NCBI GenBank assembly: GCA_017654855.1
Contig: CM030334.1
Location: 2,356,001 to 2,420,000, forward strand
Reading direction: 5' to 3'
Length of the DNA: 64,000 bases
Origin: Podospora anserina
Lineage: Eukaryota
Below the pieces are notes generated by a model. The model was not told the origin of the DNA. It did not search any database and saw only the letters and a program-made list of their open reading frames with translations. This document shows, piece by piece, positions 25,634-38,821 of the stretch. The stretch's first letter is position 1, and every line of letters starts with the position of its first letter. The position numbers and the translations under genes are program-made.

Positions 25634-26716
25634 TTAAGCCCTGAACTTCTTGGCAGGGGCGGCAGGGGCGGCGCCGACCATGGCCATGGGGACGGCACCA
25701 CCGTAGCCGCCGAAGGAATCCCTCCCTTGGACGGCAACGTTGGGGAAGCCACCGAAGCTGCACTGGACGACGCAAGAGCAAGAGCCGTCGGCACCGATCT
25801 TGCCGACGCCGGGGACGAGGCCAGTGTTGGCAGCAGGGGGAGCAGTCTCAGTGCCGGCGGGGGGAGCAGCAGGAGGAGCGTTCGGGTCGGGAGCGGGAGC
25901 GTTGCCGGTGATGGCACCGCCGGCACCGTTACCCTTCTGCTGGATGGCGAGGGACTGGAACATGGCGTGGGTCTTCTCGGCGGTGGGGTTGATGGAGAAA
26001 ACCATGCCCTTTCCGCAGTGGTTGCCCTGGCGGCAGTAGAACCCTTTATCTCGGTGTTAGAATAGGCTTTCCAGACAGATACTGGGGTCAAACTTACAAA
26101 GAGGAGTGTCAACCATCACTTGCATAGCGACCTGGGGAGGGGGGTTGACGGTGTTGTTGGCGTTGGCCTGGAAACCAGAGTCCATACCACCGTCAAGAGG
26201 GTCGCAAGGAGTGTCGAAGGCAGACTGAGTGGCAGTGTGGTTTTGGCTGAGGAAGGTGAAGATGACGGTATCGCCAACGGAAGCCTTGAGCTCCTGGGGG
26301 CTGAAGGCAAGACCTTGAGGGCCACCGACGGTGACGCTGTGAGTAGCACCGCCGGCACCAACAACGGCATCGGGAGGGGGCTGCTCGACGGGGGTGCCGG
26401 GCTCGCCGGTGACGACGGCGGGAGGAGGGGTGGCCTCGTGCTTGACGGTCTCGGTGACGGTTACGGTCGAGGCCTGTCCAACAACAGTGGTAGGGGCACC
26501 ACCACCAATGTTGACCCAGAGGAAGTTGATGTTGCCGTGGCTGGGCTTGTGGACACCGATGAGGCGGGTGAGCTCAGCGAGCTGCTCGTCGGAAATCTTG
26601 ACGCTCTCGTGACCCTTTTGCAAATGTCCATCTCTCTTCGCGGGAGCAACGTTGTGAACCGACTTCGCCAAGGCAAGGGGGGCCATGCCCAAGATCGCTG
26701 TTGTAGAGAACTTCAT
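25634..26716 (-). CDS. Secreted cupredoxin-domain (extracellular Ser/Thr/Pro-rich) protein
   Basis: Signal peptide; NHTATQS..PC and, after intron 26097..26044, WFYCRQGNHCGKGMVFSINP (His/Cys/His/Met type-1 copper ligand pattern). Confidence 0.88.
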
Positions 26717-28938
26717 TTTGTCTTCTTTTCTGTTTCCCTTTTTCTCGTTCTGATTAAGTTTCGATGTTGTGTATATCGTAGATAACTCTGGATGCTGAAG
26801 CGAGTCCCTGCTCGTATAGAAGTGAAGATGGAGGAAAGATCAAAGAAGGAACTGTGGATCAACCAAAAGAGCGGAACACACACAAGAGAAAAACAATGGT
26901 GGAATAATGAGAGAGAGAGGGTGAGGAGAAAAAAAGAGAGGGAAACAAGACTTCTTGAAGGACGGCCGGCCACATGGGACGGGCTCTTGTACCAAGCATG
27001 CTGGAGATCGAAAACGACATGCGCTTTGCTGTGATTTCCCCCTTTTCCGCCAGTGCACCCCCAAGGACGCGGGCCAAGATGCTAGGGGCGTTGCGGTCGG
27101 TCTCGAAACTTGTCGGGAGGGCATCACCGTGACAGCTGCTCCCTGTCTCGCTCCCTGCCCATTGCTTTCGGCGTGCTGGGCGCCCGCGCAGAGCGGCATC
27201 CGTTGCGGAGCGAAGACCCTGGCTGCTGACCCTGGCAGAGGGGATGGTGGGAGCAGGAGGTCGGCTGTGACAAAGCCGTCTCAGAATTGTGTTTGGGGTT
27301 TTCGCCAAGGTCGGTTGCACAGACCGCTAAGATGGGATGAAAGAGTGGGGCATAGCAACCCCCAGCATCCCGAGAGGGGACTTCCTCCTGGCAACGGGGA
27401 CGAAGACAGAGACAGGATAAGCGCTGTCAGCAAAAGATCCCGACGAAGAGCGAAGACGTTCGATAGGCGGGCCTCGAACTGCTATTTTGGCCCGTCAGTC
27501 AGACTGCGCGGCTTCAACAAGCCAGGCGGCTACTTCATCATCTCTCTGATCTTCTTAGCATCATGCGGCCGTGACAGCAGACCCGGCCAATGCGCTTAAA
27601 CAACGAGTGGGTTGAAGCCCCGGAAGCGGCGGGGTCGCAAGACGACAGCCGCCCGGCATCTTGAATGTCCACCGCGGGAATTGACGCTGGGGGCCAGCAG
27701 GAAGGCCCAGTGGCTAGCCATAGGAACGTTTCGGGTTCGAGATGTTTCCTGCTGAGCACTGGCTCCTTGTTGTATATAGTAGGCGATCCCACAACTGCCA
27801 AGCAGTCGATACGCAATCCAAATTACTCACTGAGAGCTGTGTTCGAAGCCAGGAACGATATTGGGCGCTCGTGGGAGTTTGCCATTACGATTAGGCGCTG
27901 TAGGGATGGGGACTGAGAACGCCACAACGGTCCGTCATGGAAACCCCCATCTGAAAGAGGCAGCATGGCCTTCAAGGCGGCGAAAGGCCCGTCCAGCACC
28001 TGCGTCATGGAACATTCCGTCTTCTTTTGTTGGCAAAATCGTCGAATCATACCGTAGCATGTCTGTCAGCGCAACTCAAATTCCCTTTCTTAACCATATC
28101 GAGTTGGTGAGGTCTGTCCCGTCGGACCAAATCCTATCGAGATCTCATGTCTTGGCAGGGCGTCAACCGGGGGCCAGCATATCGGGATATTTTTGCAGGC
28201 CTTGTTCTTCCCCCATTGACGACCATCCAACTTCAACTCGAGAATTGAGGCAGCCAACGGATGCAACGTGAGTGAAAAAAAGAGTTGAATCAATATCGAC
28301 ATTCCCTGCATGAAACGAACCAAACAAATAGATTCGAGCTCGGCGCATTCATCAAAGACACGGCCGTCTCTTGCATCCGTTGCTACGTGGGCAGACTGTG
28401 GGGGACAAGACCGGATGACGGGGAATTGAAAGCCGGACACGGAGGGTGGTGAGGTTCATCTCCCGTCCCTCTTTTGCATCCCATGTCGAGGGGGACAGAA
28501 GTTGCTGGGCGAGGAAAAGAGGCTGTATTTGTGACACTGCCATGGCGGCGCTCAGACATGGAAGTCGCGGAGCCGTGGTAGAAAGTGAGGTTTCTGGAAC
28601 GCTTCTTGTCGCAGGTTGGCGTTTGGACGTTGATCAGGGTTGGAAAAGCTGCAGTGCAGAGTCGCAGCCTTGCAGACTGGGGTCTGAAGCGAGCGCCGAG
28701 TCCAGAACATGACCCCCCAGTTTTGAAAACCGTCCGAAGACGCTAACAACACCGGCAGTCAACCATGCCTAAAGCCGTTAGTGCAGGGTCGCATGCGCCG
28801 TCACCTTCCTGGCCAGCACCTGGCTCGGGCCTTCTTCCTTCATTTTAACATTTGTTTCCCAATGGTACCCTACCTCCTCAGAAAGCTCGTTGATGATAAA
28901 CACCTGTAGACGATGAGGTAATATGTTGTCTATTCCTA

Positions 28939-29865
28939 TCAAGAACTTTTGTCTTGCTGCTGGGCCTGTTTGAGCCCTTGCTGCTTTCCCTCGTACAAGC
29001 CCGTGTAATACCCTGAAACATCAGCACATGTGGTCCATCTCGAAGAAAAGAAACAGAGAGAAACCTTACCTGCATAATACCAAGACATCAGCAGCTTTTT
29101 GAGCTCCTCATCTTGGACTGTATCTCCGGGTTAACATTCGTATCGAGCTTGGATACAACATGACAGAAAAAGCATGTAGAGCGTACCTGATCCAAGCAAC
29201 ACCTGCGGTCCTGGTCCTGGCCCCAACGGCACCGCAGGCTGGCCTCCAGATAGCCCACCTCCAACCTGTAAGCCGTGATTCAATGTTAATCAATCTGAGA
29301 ACTAGAAGGGCAAGGAAGAGGAACTGTTTCATGCCAAGCTTTTGAGGGATCTCCAGAGATCCTCCATCCTGGGGAGATCACAGCCTGCATTTTGGGTGTT
29401 TGATCCGCGTACCTTGTTCGCATCTGCGGAGTGTTGGGCATCCGAGGTTGCTGGGTGCGATGTTTCGTCGCTCTCGTCCATTGGGATGCTCTCGTCGACC
29501 TCCCCTTCCTCTGCTGTGATAGGTGCTGCATGGCCATTTGTTTCAGCTTTGGCACTGCCGGATGTCCTAAACTAGAGTCAGTAAAGGAGCCGCTACCCAA
29601 CGTCACGGTTCTTGGTTTTGTCCTGAAGGGTTTGTAGAAATGCGAGAAACATACTTCTTCTCCTCGGGGGCTGGAAGATCGTCTACTGTGCCTCCTTGGG
29701 CGTGAATGCTGTGATATTTCTGTGCTTTACCGTCAATAAGAAACACCAGAAAATCGAGGACGGAGGGGTGCTCGCATTGTACTCTGCCAGCGCGTTGTTC
29801 CAGGAAACTACAAGTGCAGAGTCATCCCAGATCTCTTCGTGTGTGAAATTTCGTTCGGATGCCAT
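28939..29865 (-). CDS. smn1: Survival motor neuron (SMN) snRNP-assembly protein, 6 exons
   Basis: N-terminal Gemin2-binding motif EEIWDDSALV; C-terminal YG box LLMSWYYA|GYYTGLYEG; introns 29775..29720 (GC-AG), 29654..29567, 29412..29266, 29186..29118, 29069..29013. Confidence 0.9.
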
Positions 29866-30345
29866 GTCGGATTATGAGGTGGTTTGTGGGCTGTGGAGAG
29901 AACTGAGGTGGTCGCGTGAGTGGTGAAGTGTGGTGTTGAGTGCCGAAGTGGGAACCTTGGAGGGGACCAAGGATGAAATCGCTCGCTCACAATAGGCCCG
30001 CTCTTTCCCCCAAACACAACAGCTCCCAAGTCAAATGGTTTGTCTCAAAACACCATGCCAAAATTTTCCCATAAACTCGAAAACTACAGTTGTTATCTAC
30101 CTATTCAAAAATCTTTGGCTGCCCGGTCGAAGAAACTGCGGACTCGAAAGCACCATCACTCAGGTGGCCCGTGCTGCATGACTGCCATTCTCTCCGAGCT
30201 CCAACTTCAATCAGAATAAGTCTCACTTACTACCTATTTAGTTCCCACTTCTGACATTCGTTTTCCTGAAACAACACACCAACAATGCCGGGGCATTTCA
30301 ACAATGGCACTTCTTTCTTCCCTCTTGAATGACCGACACTTTTGC

Positions 30346-31332
30346 CTAGGGCATAACCCTTTTCATCAACGAGGCCAGCTTGGATATCAAGGTGCTTCCG
30401 AGGCCACGATGCGTCGCCTGTCTTTGAGATTCAACGAGTACAAAAGGCGCCAACTCTTTAGTAGGTTTGAGACAAAGACCTTCTGACTGGTTTCCATCCT
30501 TTTGGGAACCCTTTTGAGAAGTTGAAGAAGTCGCGCGCAGCCCCAGCTGCTTTCCTTTCCTAAAGAAGTACGCTGGATCCGAGCCCCAGGGACCTACAGC
30601 TCTTGTTGCACCTGTTGCATTGTAGCCTTTGGCAGAGCAGGCTCTCTTCACTCGTTTGGCGCTTGCGTTTTCTAGGTGTGTCCACCATTTGGGTGTGTAT
30701 GCAGGCCTCGCCTCATACGCTTTGCGTAGCAAGGGAAGAAACTGTACATCGCCGGCACAGTAACGAAGTACCGGCGTCGTGAACGGTCGAGTAGAGAAGA
30801 TGCCTGAGTCGCCTGAAGCCATGCGCTTGCGAATATCCTCCTTCGTTTTTTTCCATTCGATTTGCTCCTGCTGATCAAGTCGTAAATCGTTCTCGACGGC
30901 TTTGTCCAAGCCGGTGACGTAGAAACTATTACCTTGGCGGGTGAGATTCTCGAGCAACTGGAGGTCGATAACCCCAGAGATAGCAACATGGTACAGTGAT
31001 TTCAAAGCATCGGCGTCATTGCGTACGTCCCACAGGTACTTGCGGATGGATGGGTCTTCCAGAATCGACTTCAAGGTCACATTGTCGTCTTTTTTCGACG
31101 GAGTGGTGAAGGCTTGGTTTCCCATTGCCTTGACATCGATGATGCGAACTTTCCGATCGGGGGGGACCAGCACGGTGATTAGATCCAAGGTTCCCCCGCG
31201 GCCGAGGTTTGTGCCTTCGAGATCGACATAAATGCTAGAGGAAGGGCCAATGGTGGCGAGGAAGTTCCGCAGAGCTTGAACATTGGTGACCAATGAAGGG
31301 TTGGGGGTTGTTGAAGGAGATGGTGGTGCCAT
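30346..31332 (-). CDS. DnaQ-like 3'-5' exonuclease (EXD1/Egalitarian-like)
   Basis: Exo motifs YVDLEG, LWDVRNDADAL, IDLQL, RYCAGDV; intronless 328-aa ORF. Confidence 0.85.
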   Translation of the reverse strand: MAPPSPSTTPNPSLVTNVQALRNFLATIGPSSSIYVDLEGTNLGRGGTLDLITVLVPPDRKVRIIDVKAMGNQAFTTPSKKDDNVTLKSILEDPSIRKYLWDVRNDADALKSLYHVAISGVIDLQLLENLTRQGNSFYVTGLDKAVENDLRLDQQEQIEWKKTKEDIRKRMASGDSGIFSTRPFTTPVLRYCAGDVQFLPLLRKAYEARPAYTPKWWTHLENASAKRVKRACSAKGYNATGATRAVGPWGSDPAYFFRKGKQLGLRATSSTSQKGSQKDGNQSEGLCLKPTKELAPFVLVESQRQATHRGLGSTLISKLASLMKRVMP

Positions 31333-32867
31333 GGTGGCACCGAGTCAATTGGGTTAGATTAGAGTTGTCAAGAGATCACAGGAAGATGGCGACGTTGGTG
31401 ATCTTGCACGGGAGTCGTTTCAGTACATATTATCAAGGATCTATCTTACTATCTTGTTTGCAAATCCCCGTTTGTTCAGCCAGAGACGGGAAATCTTGGA
31501 AGCTGTCCGGTTGTCCGTTTGCTAGAGCAGCCATCCGCGGCGACCTGCCAGCCAAGCTGCAGCGCGCCGAATGCCGTCAACATTTCAGCAGGCAGGCTCG
31601 AAGCAAACGTTGGAAAGGGGGCAAGAGAAGGGAACCTAGAAGAGAAACTCTGTGGTCGGCACGGGCGGTAAGTAGCCCCTTGCCATGTTTAATACCGGAG
31701 CGGATTGAGTACCTCGAAATCTTCTCACCGCAGAATCATTGCATCGGGTGCGGTTGAACTCCGGGAGTCATCAAAGTCGGCACCCCCGGCGAATCCCTGT
31801 CCTGCAAACTCCGGTATGCGGCGTTTGGAAGCCCGGACCGGGCGCCGTCACTAAACGTCGTCCGGAATGCCGGATCGGAGCTGAAATGTTCCACACAGCA
31901 AAGATCTGGAGCAATCTTTCCCATCTGACCGGCTCTAGCCCCGCATAGCGGCTTCCTACCGTGGCAGTCTAGTCCACAAGATCAGCGGTTCCAGCTCCCA
32001 AACAAACTACAAAACCCGCCATTCGCGTGTCACGAGAACAAGCTCGTAGCAACTCAGAAAAGTGGGAGTCTCCACCCAAGCTGCGTGTTCTCCGCCGTCT
32101 CTCTTTTTTTTTTGTTTTTTTTTTGTTTGGTCTTGAACAGCCACTTCAGCTCTCATCCGACGGGATCTGAACATGTCTTCGTGCTATAATAAGCCAGAGA
32201 TAACGACTTGGGTAGATCACCGCTGATCTTTCTCAACCCGTGACACTACACAGGATTTTGATGGAGTTACTGCGAGCTGTTGAGCGAAGGAGGGGGTAAC
32301 TTGGCTTTGGCCTGATCCCAAAACATCAGACAGGTCTAGGTCCGTCGTACATGTGGGCGGGGTGCTGCATGTTCAAGGTACCGGTTGCTCTAGCGAGGTG
32401 TGTTAGCCCACCGATAAACTGTTGAGAATCTAGGACTATTTTGATAGAGACTGAAAGGGGGGTGGATTTGTGGTTTATGGTCTCTTTTCTACGGCTTTGG
32501 GTAAGACGGTGCGGGCTGTGGTTGGAGTGGGACCCGAGATTTTACCCCTCCTCCCCCCTCGTCACCGTTCCAGAGCGGGTTGTCCCTTTTAGGTCATCTG
32601 GGTAGCTCCGACAACACCAGGGCAACACTGGGTGTGTCGATTGTGAAAAGAGCTTCTTTATAAGCCCGTCCTCTGGTGCGGTTTAGTTTTGGGAGACAGG
32701 CTGTTCCTCATCCATCGCTTTTTCACATTCGTTGACTTTCAGCCTCGGTCTCCGAGCAAGGTGTTTTGCTCTTCTACTTCAAATCATCCAGGTCCGGTTT
32801 CGGTGTCGTCACTTATAACTGCTGTTTGACTCGGAGTGTTGCTGCTGTTACATACACCTCTTCCAAA

Positions 32868-34842
32868 ATGCAAGTCTGTCCGAACATGTGAAAACCTCGT
32901 CAAGTAAACCATGCTAACATGACTCTCAGGTCTGCCCCGGTTAGTTCTAACGGCCCCCCACAGCTCTCAACTCACAGCTCACACATCGAAACAGGACCAC
33001 TACATCGGCATAGACGTCGGCACCGGCTCCGCCAGAGCCTGCATCATCGACACCACCGGCGACATCAAAGCCCTCGCGTCAGAAAACATCAAGCTCTGGC
33101 AGCCGGCCTCCTACGGCGGCACCCACTACGAGCAGTCCACAACCGACATCTGGAACGCAATCTGCCTCTGCGTCCGCTCCGTCCTCGCCATCTCGTCCAT
33201 CCCCCCCACCTCCATCCGTGGCATCGGCTTCGACGCGACATGCTCCCTCGCCGTCTTCACCCACGACACCGACGCCCCCGTCCCCGTCACCGGCCCTGAC
33301 TTTACCAACGATGGCAACGACAGGAATGTGATCCTCTGGCTTGACCACCGCCCTTTGGCCGAGGCGGAGGCCATCAACGCTACTGGCCATCCGCTCTTGA
33401 AATATGTCGGGGGGAAGATGTCGGTGGAGATGGAGATCCCAAAGGTGTTGTGGCTGAAGAATAACATGCCCGAGGAGCTGTGGGAGAGGTGCAAGTTTTA
33501 TGACTTGGCGGATGCGCTGACGCATATTGCTACGGGGGAGGAGACTAGGAGCTTCTGTAGCGCCGTGTGCAAGCAGGGGTTTGTGCCGGTGGGGGTGGAT
33601 GGGAGTGTGAAGGGTTGGCAGCAGGACTTTTTGGAAAATATTGGGCTGGGCGATTTGGTGGAGAATGATTTTAGGAAGATGGGAGGGGTGAATGGGGTAG
33701 TGAGTCCTTTTTCTGATTGTTTTGTGAAGTGGTGGAAAAGGGGAATTGATGGCTGACACATTCTGTGATGGCAGAGCGGTAACTTCCTCAGCGCAGGGGA
33801 GTTGGTTGGGGGGTTGTGTGAGAAGGCGGCGAAGGAACTGGGACTGCCGGCGGGGATTGCGATTGGGAGCGGTGTTATTGATGCGTATGCTGGGTGGATT
33901 GGGACGGTGGGTGCTAAGGTGAAGCTGTCCCGGGACCATCTGGATGAGTCGGCTGCTCCGAATGATGTCTCGCAGGCTTTTACACGACTGGCGTCCGTGG
34001 CGGGGACTTCGACTTGTCATTTGGCTATGTCGAGGGAGCCGGTTTTCGTGCCGGGAGTTTGGGGACCGTACAGAGATGTGTTGATTCCTGACTTTTGGAT
34101 GGCAGAAGGTGGGCAGTCGGCTACCGGGGAGCTGATTAAGCACATGCTGGAAACGCATGCTGCTTATGACGAGACGGTGAAGGAGGCGGAGGCGGCTGGG
34201 AAGAATATCTATGATTATTTGAATGACCATCTTCGGCATTTAAAGGAGGAGACAAAGGCGCCTTCGATTTCGTATTTGGGACGACACTTCTTTTTCTACG
34301 GAGATCTTTGGGGAAACCGGTCGCCTATTGCAGACCCTAACATGAGGGGGGCGATCATTGGAATGAGCAGTGACAAGAGCAAAGACGGGATGGTGCTGCT
34401 TTACTACTCGACCATGGAGTTCATCGCCTTGCAGACACGGCAGATTATCGAGGCCATGAACAAGGCGGGCCACAGCATTCTCAGCATTTTCATGTCAGGG
34501 AGTCAGTGTCAAAATGAGATTCTGATGGATCTCATCGCTACGGCTTGCGACATGCCGGTGTTGATTCCCCGATATGTCAATGCTGCTGTGGTCCATGGCG
34601 CGGCGATGCTGGGTGCCAAGGCTGCCAGCGCGGACAAGGACGGAAAAACAGAGCCTTTGTGGGATATTATGGACCGGATGAGCAAGCCTGGAAAGGTGGT
34701 TTGGTCGAGCGGTGACCCGGCGGAGAAGAAGCTTCTGGATACAAAGTATGAGGTGTTCCTGGATCAGTGCCGGACACAGCAGGAATACAGAAAGAAGATT
34801 GATGAAGCTTTGAAGGGGTCGACGTTGGAGGGGGTCAATTAG
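32868..34842 (+). CDS. FGGY-family carbohydrate kinase (D-ribulokinase-like)
   Basis: YIGIDVGTGSARA, GIGFDATCSL, ILWLDHR, GTSTCH, EGGQSATG, GNRSP; introns 32870..32929 (proposed GC-AG), 32940..32994, 33700..33774. Confidence 0.93.
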
Positions 34843-35300
34843 GGGAGTGGAATAGCGTGTAATTCTGTAGACATCCGTCAATTGTAATTTTCTTAGGTAT
34901 TTTTACAACATCGTTACAAGTCCAACAAAGAAGGGACCCTTTGTTTACTTTGTGATGTAATATTGCGCTATGAACTGGCGTTGGTGGTGCCTGAACTGAG
35001 ACGGAAGCTTCCAGGGGAAAGCTGGCAACAGGTGGTCTGTGCTTCCCAAAGAGCTCCAGCAGCACCTTGGCGGCTGGGTGGCTGGACCCACTCATATTTT
35101 CGCGCCGGCGTGTTGTCCATCCATTTCAGGTTCAGCCTTGTTTTGTGCAGCAACCGCCAAAGTCGCAAAAAAACAACAGAGCAAAAAGTCGGTGTTTTGC
35201 TTTCAACCGACATCAACCATCTGCCATCGCGCAGCTCGGAACGCGTCTTGCTTATCTTCGACATACCGACTGCAAGAAAAATAAGGTTTCGAACCACATA

Positions 35301-38300
35301 ATGTTCAGCAACCTAGGGAAGGGCACGCCCCCGGTGCCGCTCTCGACTGGGAGCTTAGCAGCCGGCACCACAAACCCACCTGCTACAACGGCCGGTGGTT
35401 TGGGCTCACTCTTCTCCAAACCAGCTACGCCGACCACGACGACGACCGGCCTGTTCGGCAATCCTAACCCAACCGCTGGAGCTACTTCGACGACACCCCA
35501 AAAATCATTGTTTGGCGGTACGACTACCACCACCACATCTACCCCCCTGTTTGGCAGTACCACCACCACTGCTGCCCCGGCTGCCACCACAGCGACGACG
35601 GGCGGGGGTATTTTTGGGAACACATTGGGCGGGAGCACCACTCCTCAAACATCCGTTCTCGGCGGTGGCTTTGGCGGTGGCTTTGGCGGTGGTCTAGGAA
35701 CGACGCAGCAGCAGCAATCGAACCTCGGCGGTAGTCTCGCGAGCATCTTGGGCCCGACAACCCAACAGCCAGCCGGCGGGATGAACACTGGCTTCGGCAA
35801 CACCCTCGGCGGCGCGAGCGTCTTCCAAAACGCGGCAACGAACCCTCCTAGCCTGACGGGCTCGTTCTTCGACTCGTTGCTCTCGAAAAACAAGAGGCAA
35901 GCCAGCGGGGAGACGCCCCAGGGAGACCTCCCTTCCCTGCAGCTCAGTCTTAGTAGCCTGAGGCAGACGGTCAGGAAGCTCGCTCCCAAGGACGGGGAAG
36001 GGGGTCGCAATCTTGAGCACGGGAAGGCTCATTACTTTCTTGCTGCGTCGGGGGTTGATCCGGGGGCGGCGGTGAGGGATTTGAGCTCGTTGGGGTTTGC
36101 TGCTGCGGCGACGGCGACGACGAGGGACAGGAGTCCTTATTCTGCTGGGGAGGTGGATGTGGAGACGTATCTGGATAATCTGCAGACAAAGACGACGTTG
36201 AGCATGATTGCGGATGGGTTGGAGAGGAGCGTGAGGGACTTTGATTTGTTTTTGGAGGACAATGTTACCATGGAGTGGGAAGCGCAGAGGAAGAGGATCT
36301 ACCAGCATTTTGGGATTAAGCCCAGAGAGGAGCAGGAGGGGGGTATGGGAGATTCGCAGAGGACGGTGAGGGGGGGGACGCCGGCTAAGGAGCAGGGTGC
36401 TGGTGGGTTTGGGAGGTCGAGGAGGAAGGGGAGCATGGCGCCTGGCACTCCTGGTGGTGGGGAAAAGTCGATGCGGCAGAGTATGTTTGGGAGGTCGGCC
36501 ATGAACAAGTCTGTTATTGGAACTCCCAGCCGGATTGGTGCTCATGCCCCCGAGTTCTCGGATGTCGAGGCCAGGAAGGAGAAGAGCGATCTCGAGGGGT
36601 TCACTTCTGTGGATGATCGCTTCTTGAGAGAGAAGCAGGGCAAGCTTGCGACCAAGATCAAGGAGTTCAACGACTTGAGGCAGAGAGGCCTTCCAGTCGA
36701 GATTTGCAAGGAGCTGGGCGACCTGGAGAACACTGCCGGAGATCGGCATGGGCCGCATCTGGTGGAGGCCTATGATGCCCTGAGGGAGATTGTGGGTGAA
36801 AACGACCCTGACAATCTACCTCGGGAACGCCAGTTTGCCAGGTACTACTTGGACCCCAACCCATCGTCTGCCAACTCTATTGAGATGCGCAAGCGGATCT
36901 TGAAGGGCGCAAACACCTTCTTGGAGAAACAGTTTTGGGCTGGTGTCAACTCGTTCATCACCAAACATCCCCATGAAGCGAACCTGGGTGGGCAGCCCGA
37001 CGTCGTCAGCAAGGTCAAGGCTTACATCCGCCTTCGCCTCATTCGCAAGAGCCTGGTTCCAGACAACGTCGACCTTCAGCAAGCGAATGGCGAGTACGTC
37101 TGGGCGATCGTTTTCTACCTTCTCCGTGCTGGCTTTGTGAACGACGCCGCCAAGTATGTCAACGATCATGAGAGCTTGTTCCGCAGCATCGACCGAACTT
37201 TTATGGGCTACATCAACAGCTATGCCTCCAGCGAAGACCGGAGACTTAAACGGTCGGTTCAGGATCGCTGCACCAACGAGTACAACCAGAGAATTCGCAA
37301 TGCCCCCGAGGGCTCCATCGACCCCTTCCGCATGGCTTGCTACAAGATCATCGGCCGCTGCGACGTCAACAACCGCAGTCTGGATGGTCTTTCAGGAGAC
37401 GTCAATGACTGGGTCTGGCTCCAGTTCAACCTTGCTCGGGAGACTGACAGGTCACAGGAGCTTGCCGGGGAGTCTTATGGCCTTGCTGAACTCCAGTCTA
37501 GCATCCGGGAGATCGGCCTCAAGCACTTCCCCAAGACTCCTGCGGAGGACACTACTGGCAGCTTTGCCATGTTCTTCTACCTCCAGATTCTGTCGGGCAT
37601 GTTTGAGAATGCCATTGCCTACCTCTACCCCTTCAGCTACGTCGATGCCGTTCACTTTTCCATTGCGCTCTCTTACTATGGCCTCCTCCGTGCGGCTGAT
37701 GCTCAGTCTTCTGGCAATGATTTGCTTTCCCACAACACCCGCAACCAGCCTCAGATCAACTTTGGCCGTATGCTCGGGTACTACACACGCGACTTCCGCG
37801 CCGCTAATGCCGCCGCCGCGGTTGACTACCTTGTCCTCATCTGCCTGAACGCCGACGAGACCGCCGCCGGTCAGCAACAAGCCGCCCTCTGCCACGAAGC
37901 CCTCCGCGAGCTCGTTCTCGAGTCCCGTGAGTTCAGCCGCCTGATCGGGGATATCAAACCCGATGGCTCTCGCATCAAGGGTCTCATCGAGGAGCGCGGC
38001 AAGCTTATTGCCCTTGGCCGCCACGACGACTTCATCCGCAACATCACGCAAGAAGCCGCTGCCTTTGCCAACGACAATGGTCGCACCACTGACGCCGTTC
38101 TTCTTTATCACCTGGCTCAGGAATACAACCAGGTGGTTGAAATTGTCAGCAGGGCCCTCAGCGAGGCTATTTCTCTCGAGATCGGCGAGGAACCCATGCG
38201 TCTTGTGCCTGTCATGGCTAGAGAGGATGGCCAGGAGGAGGCAGCGGGGAGCCTGGCGGCGATTGACGACCCGGTGGAGCTGGCGAAGAAGATGATGAAG

Positions 38301-38821
38301 ATGTATGAGCAGGAGTACATGTACTGGAACAAGATTGGCCATCAGAACCAGTACGCGTGCAATCTCTTGTTGCAGATTAGTGATATCAAGAAGCTTGTGG
38401 AGGATCAGGAGTGGGCAAAATGTCTCGATGTAAGTGTCCCTCCCTCTTCGCCCTTTCCTTCCATCCCCAAGGTACTGACTGGTTTGTAAAAAAACAACAG
38501 AAAATCGAAGCCCTCAACATTTTGCCGCTTGATGCAAAGGGCGATCAGAGTCTTATCCGCCAGTACTCTGCCTTGTTTGCCCAGCTGCCGCAGACGGTGG
38601 CGCAGAACGTGCCGAACCTGCTGATGTGGGCGGTGGTGTGCTGCACCAAGCAGAGGGAGAGGCTGATGTATGGGCAGTTTACGGGGAATGAGACGACGGC
38701 GAGGGAGTTGATTGATAATATGAAGCAGACGAGCGTTGACTTGACGGCGTATACGAGCCAGCTGAGGTATCGCTTGCCGAGTTCGCTACATGAGATGTTG
38801 GCGAGGGCTTCGGCTGATTAA
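35301..38821 (+). CDS. NIC96: Nucleoporin Nic96/Nup93
   Basis: FG-like low-complexity N-terminus; KAHYFLAASG; WAIVFYLLRAG; DPFRMACYKIIGRCD; intron 38430..38500. Confidence 0.93.

Noticed and set aside
35067..35300. 78-codon extension of NIC96 from a TTG
   Set aside because: Composition looks non-coding and ATG 35301 has a good context and starts the FG-like region
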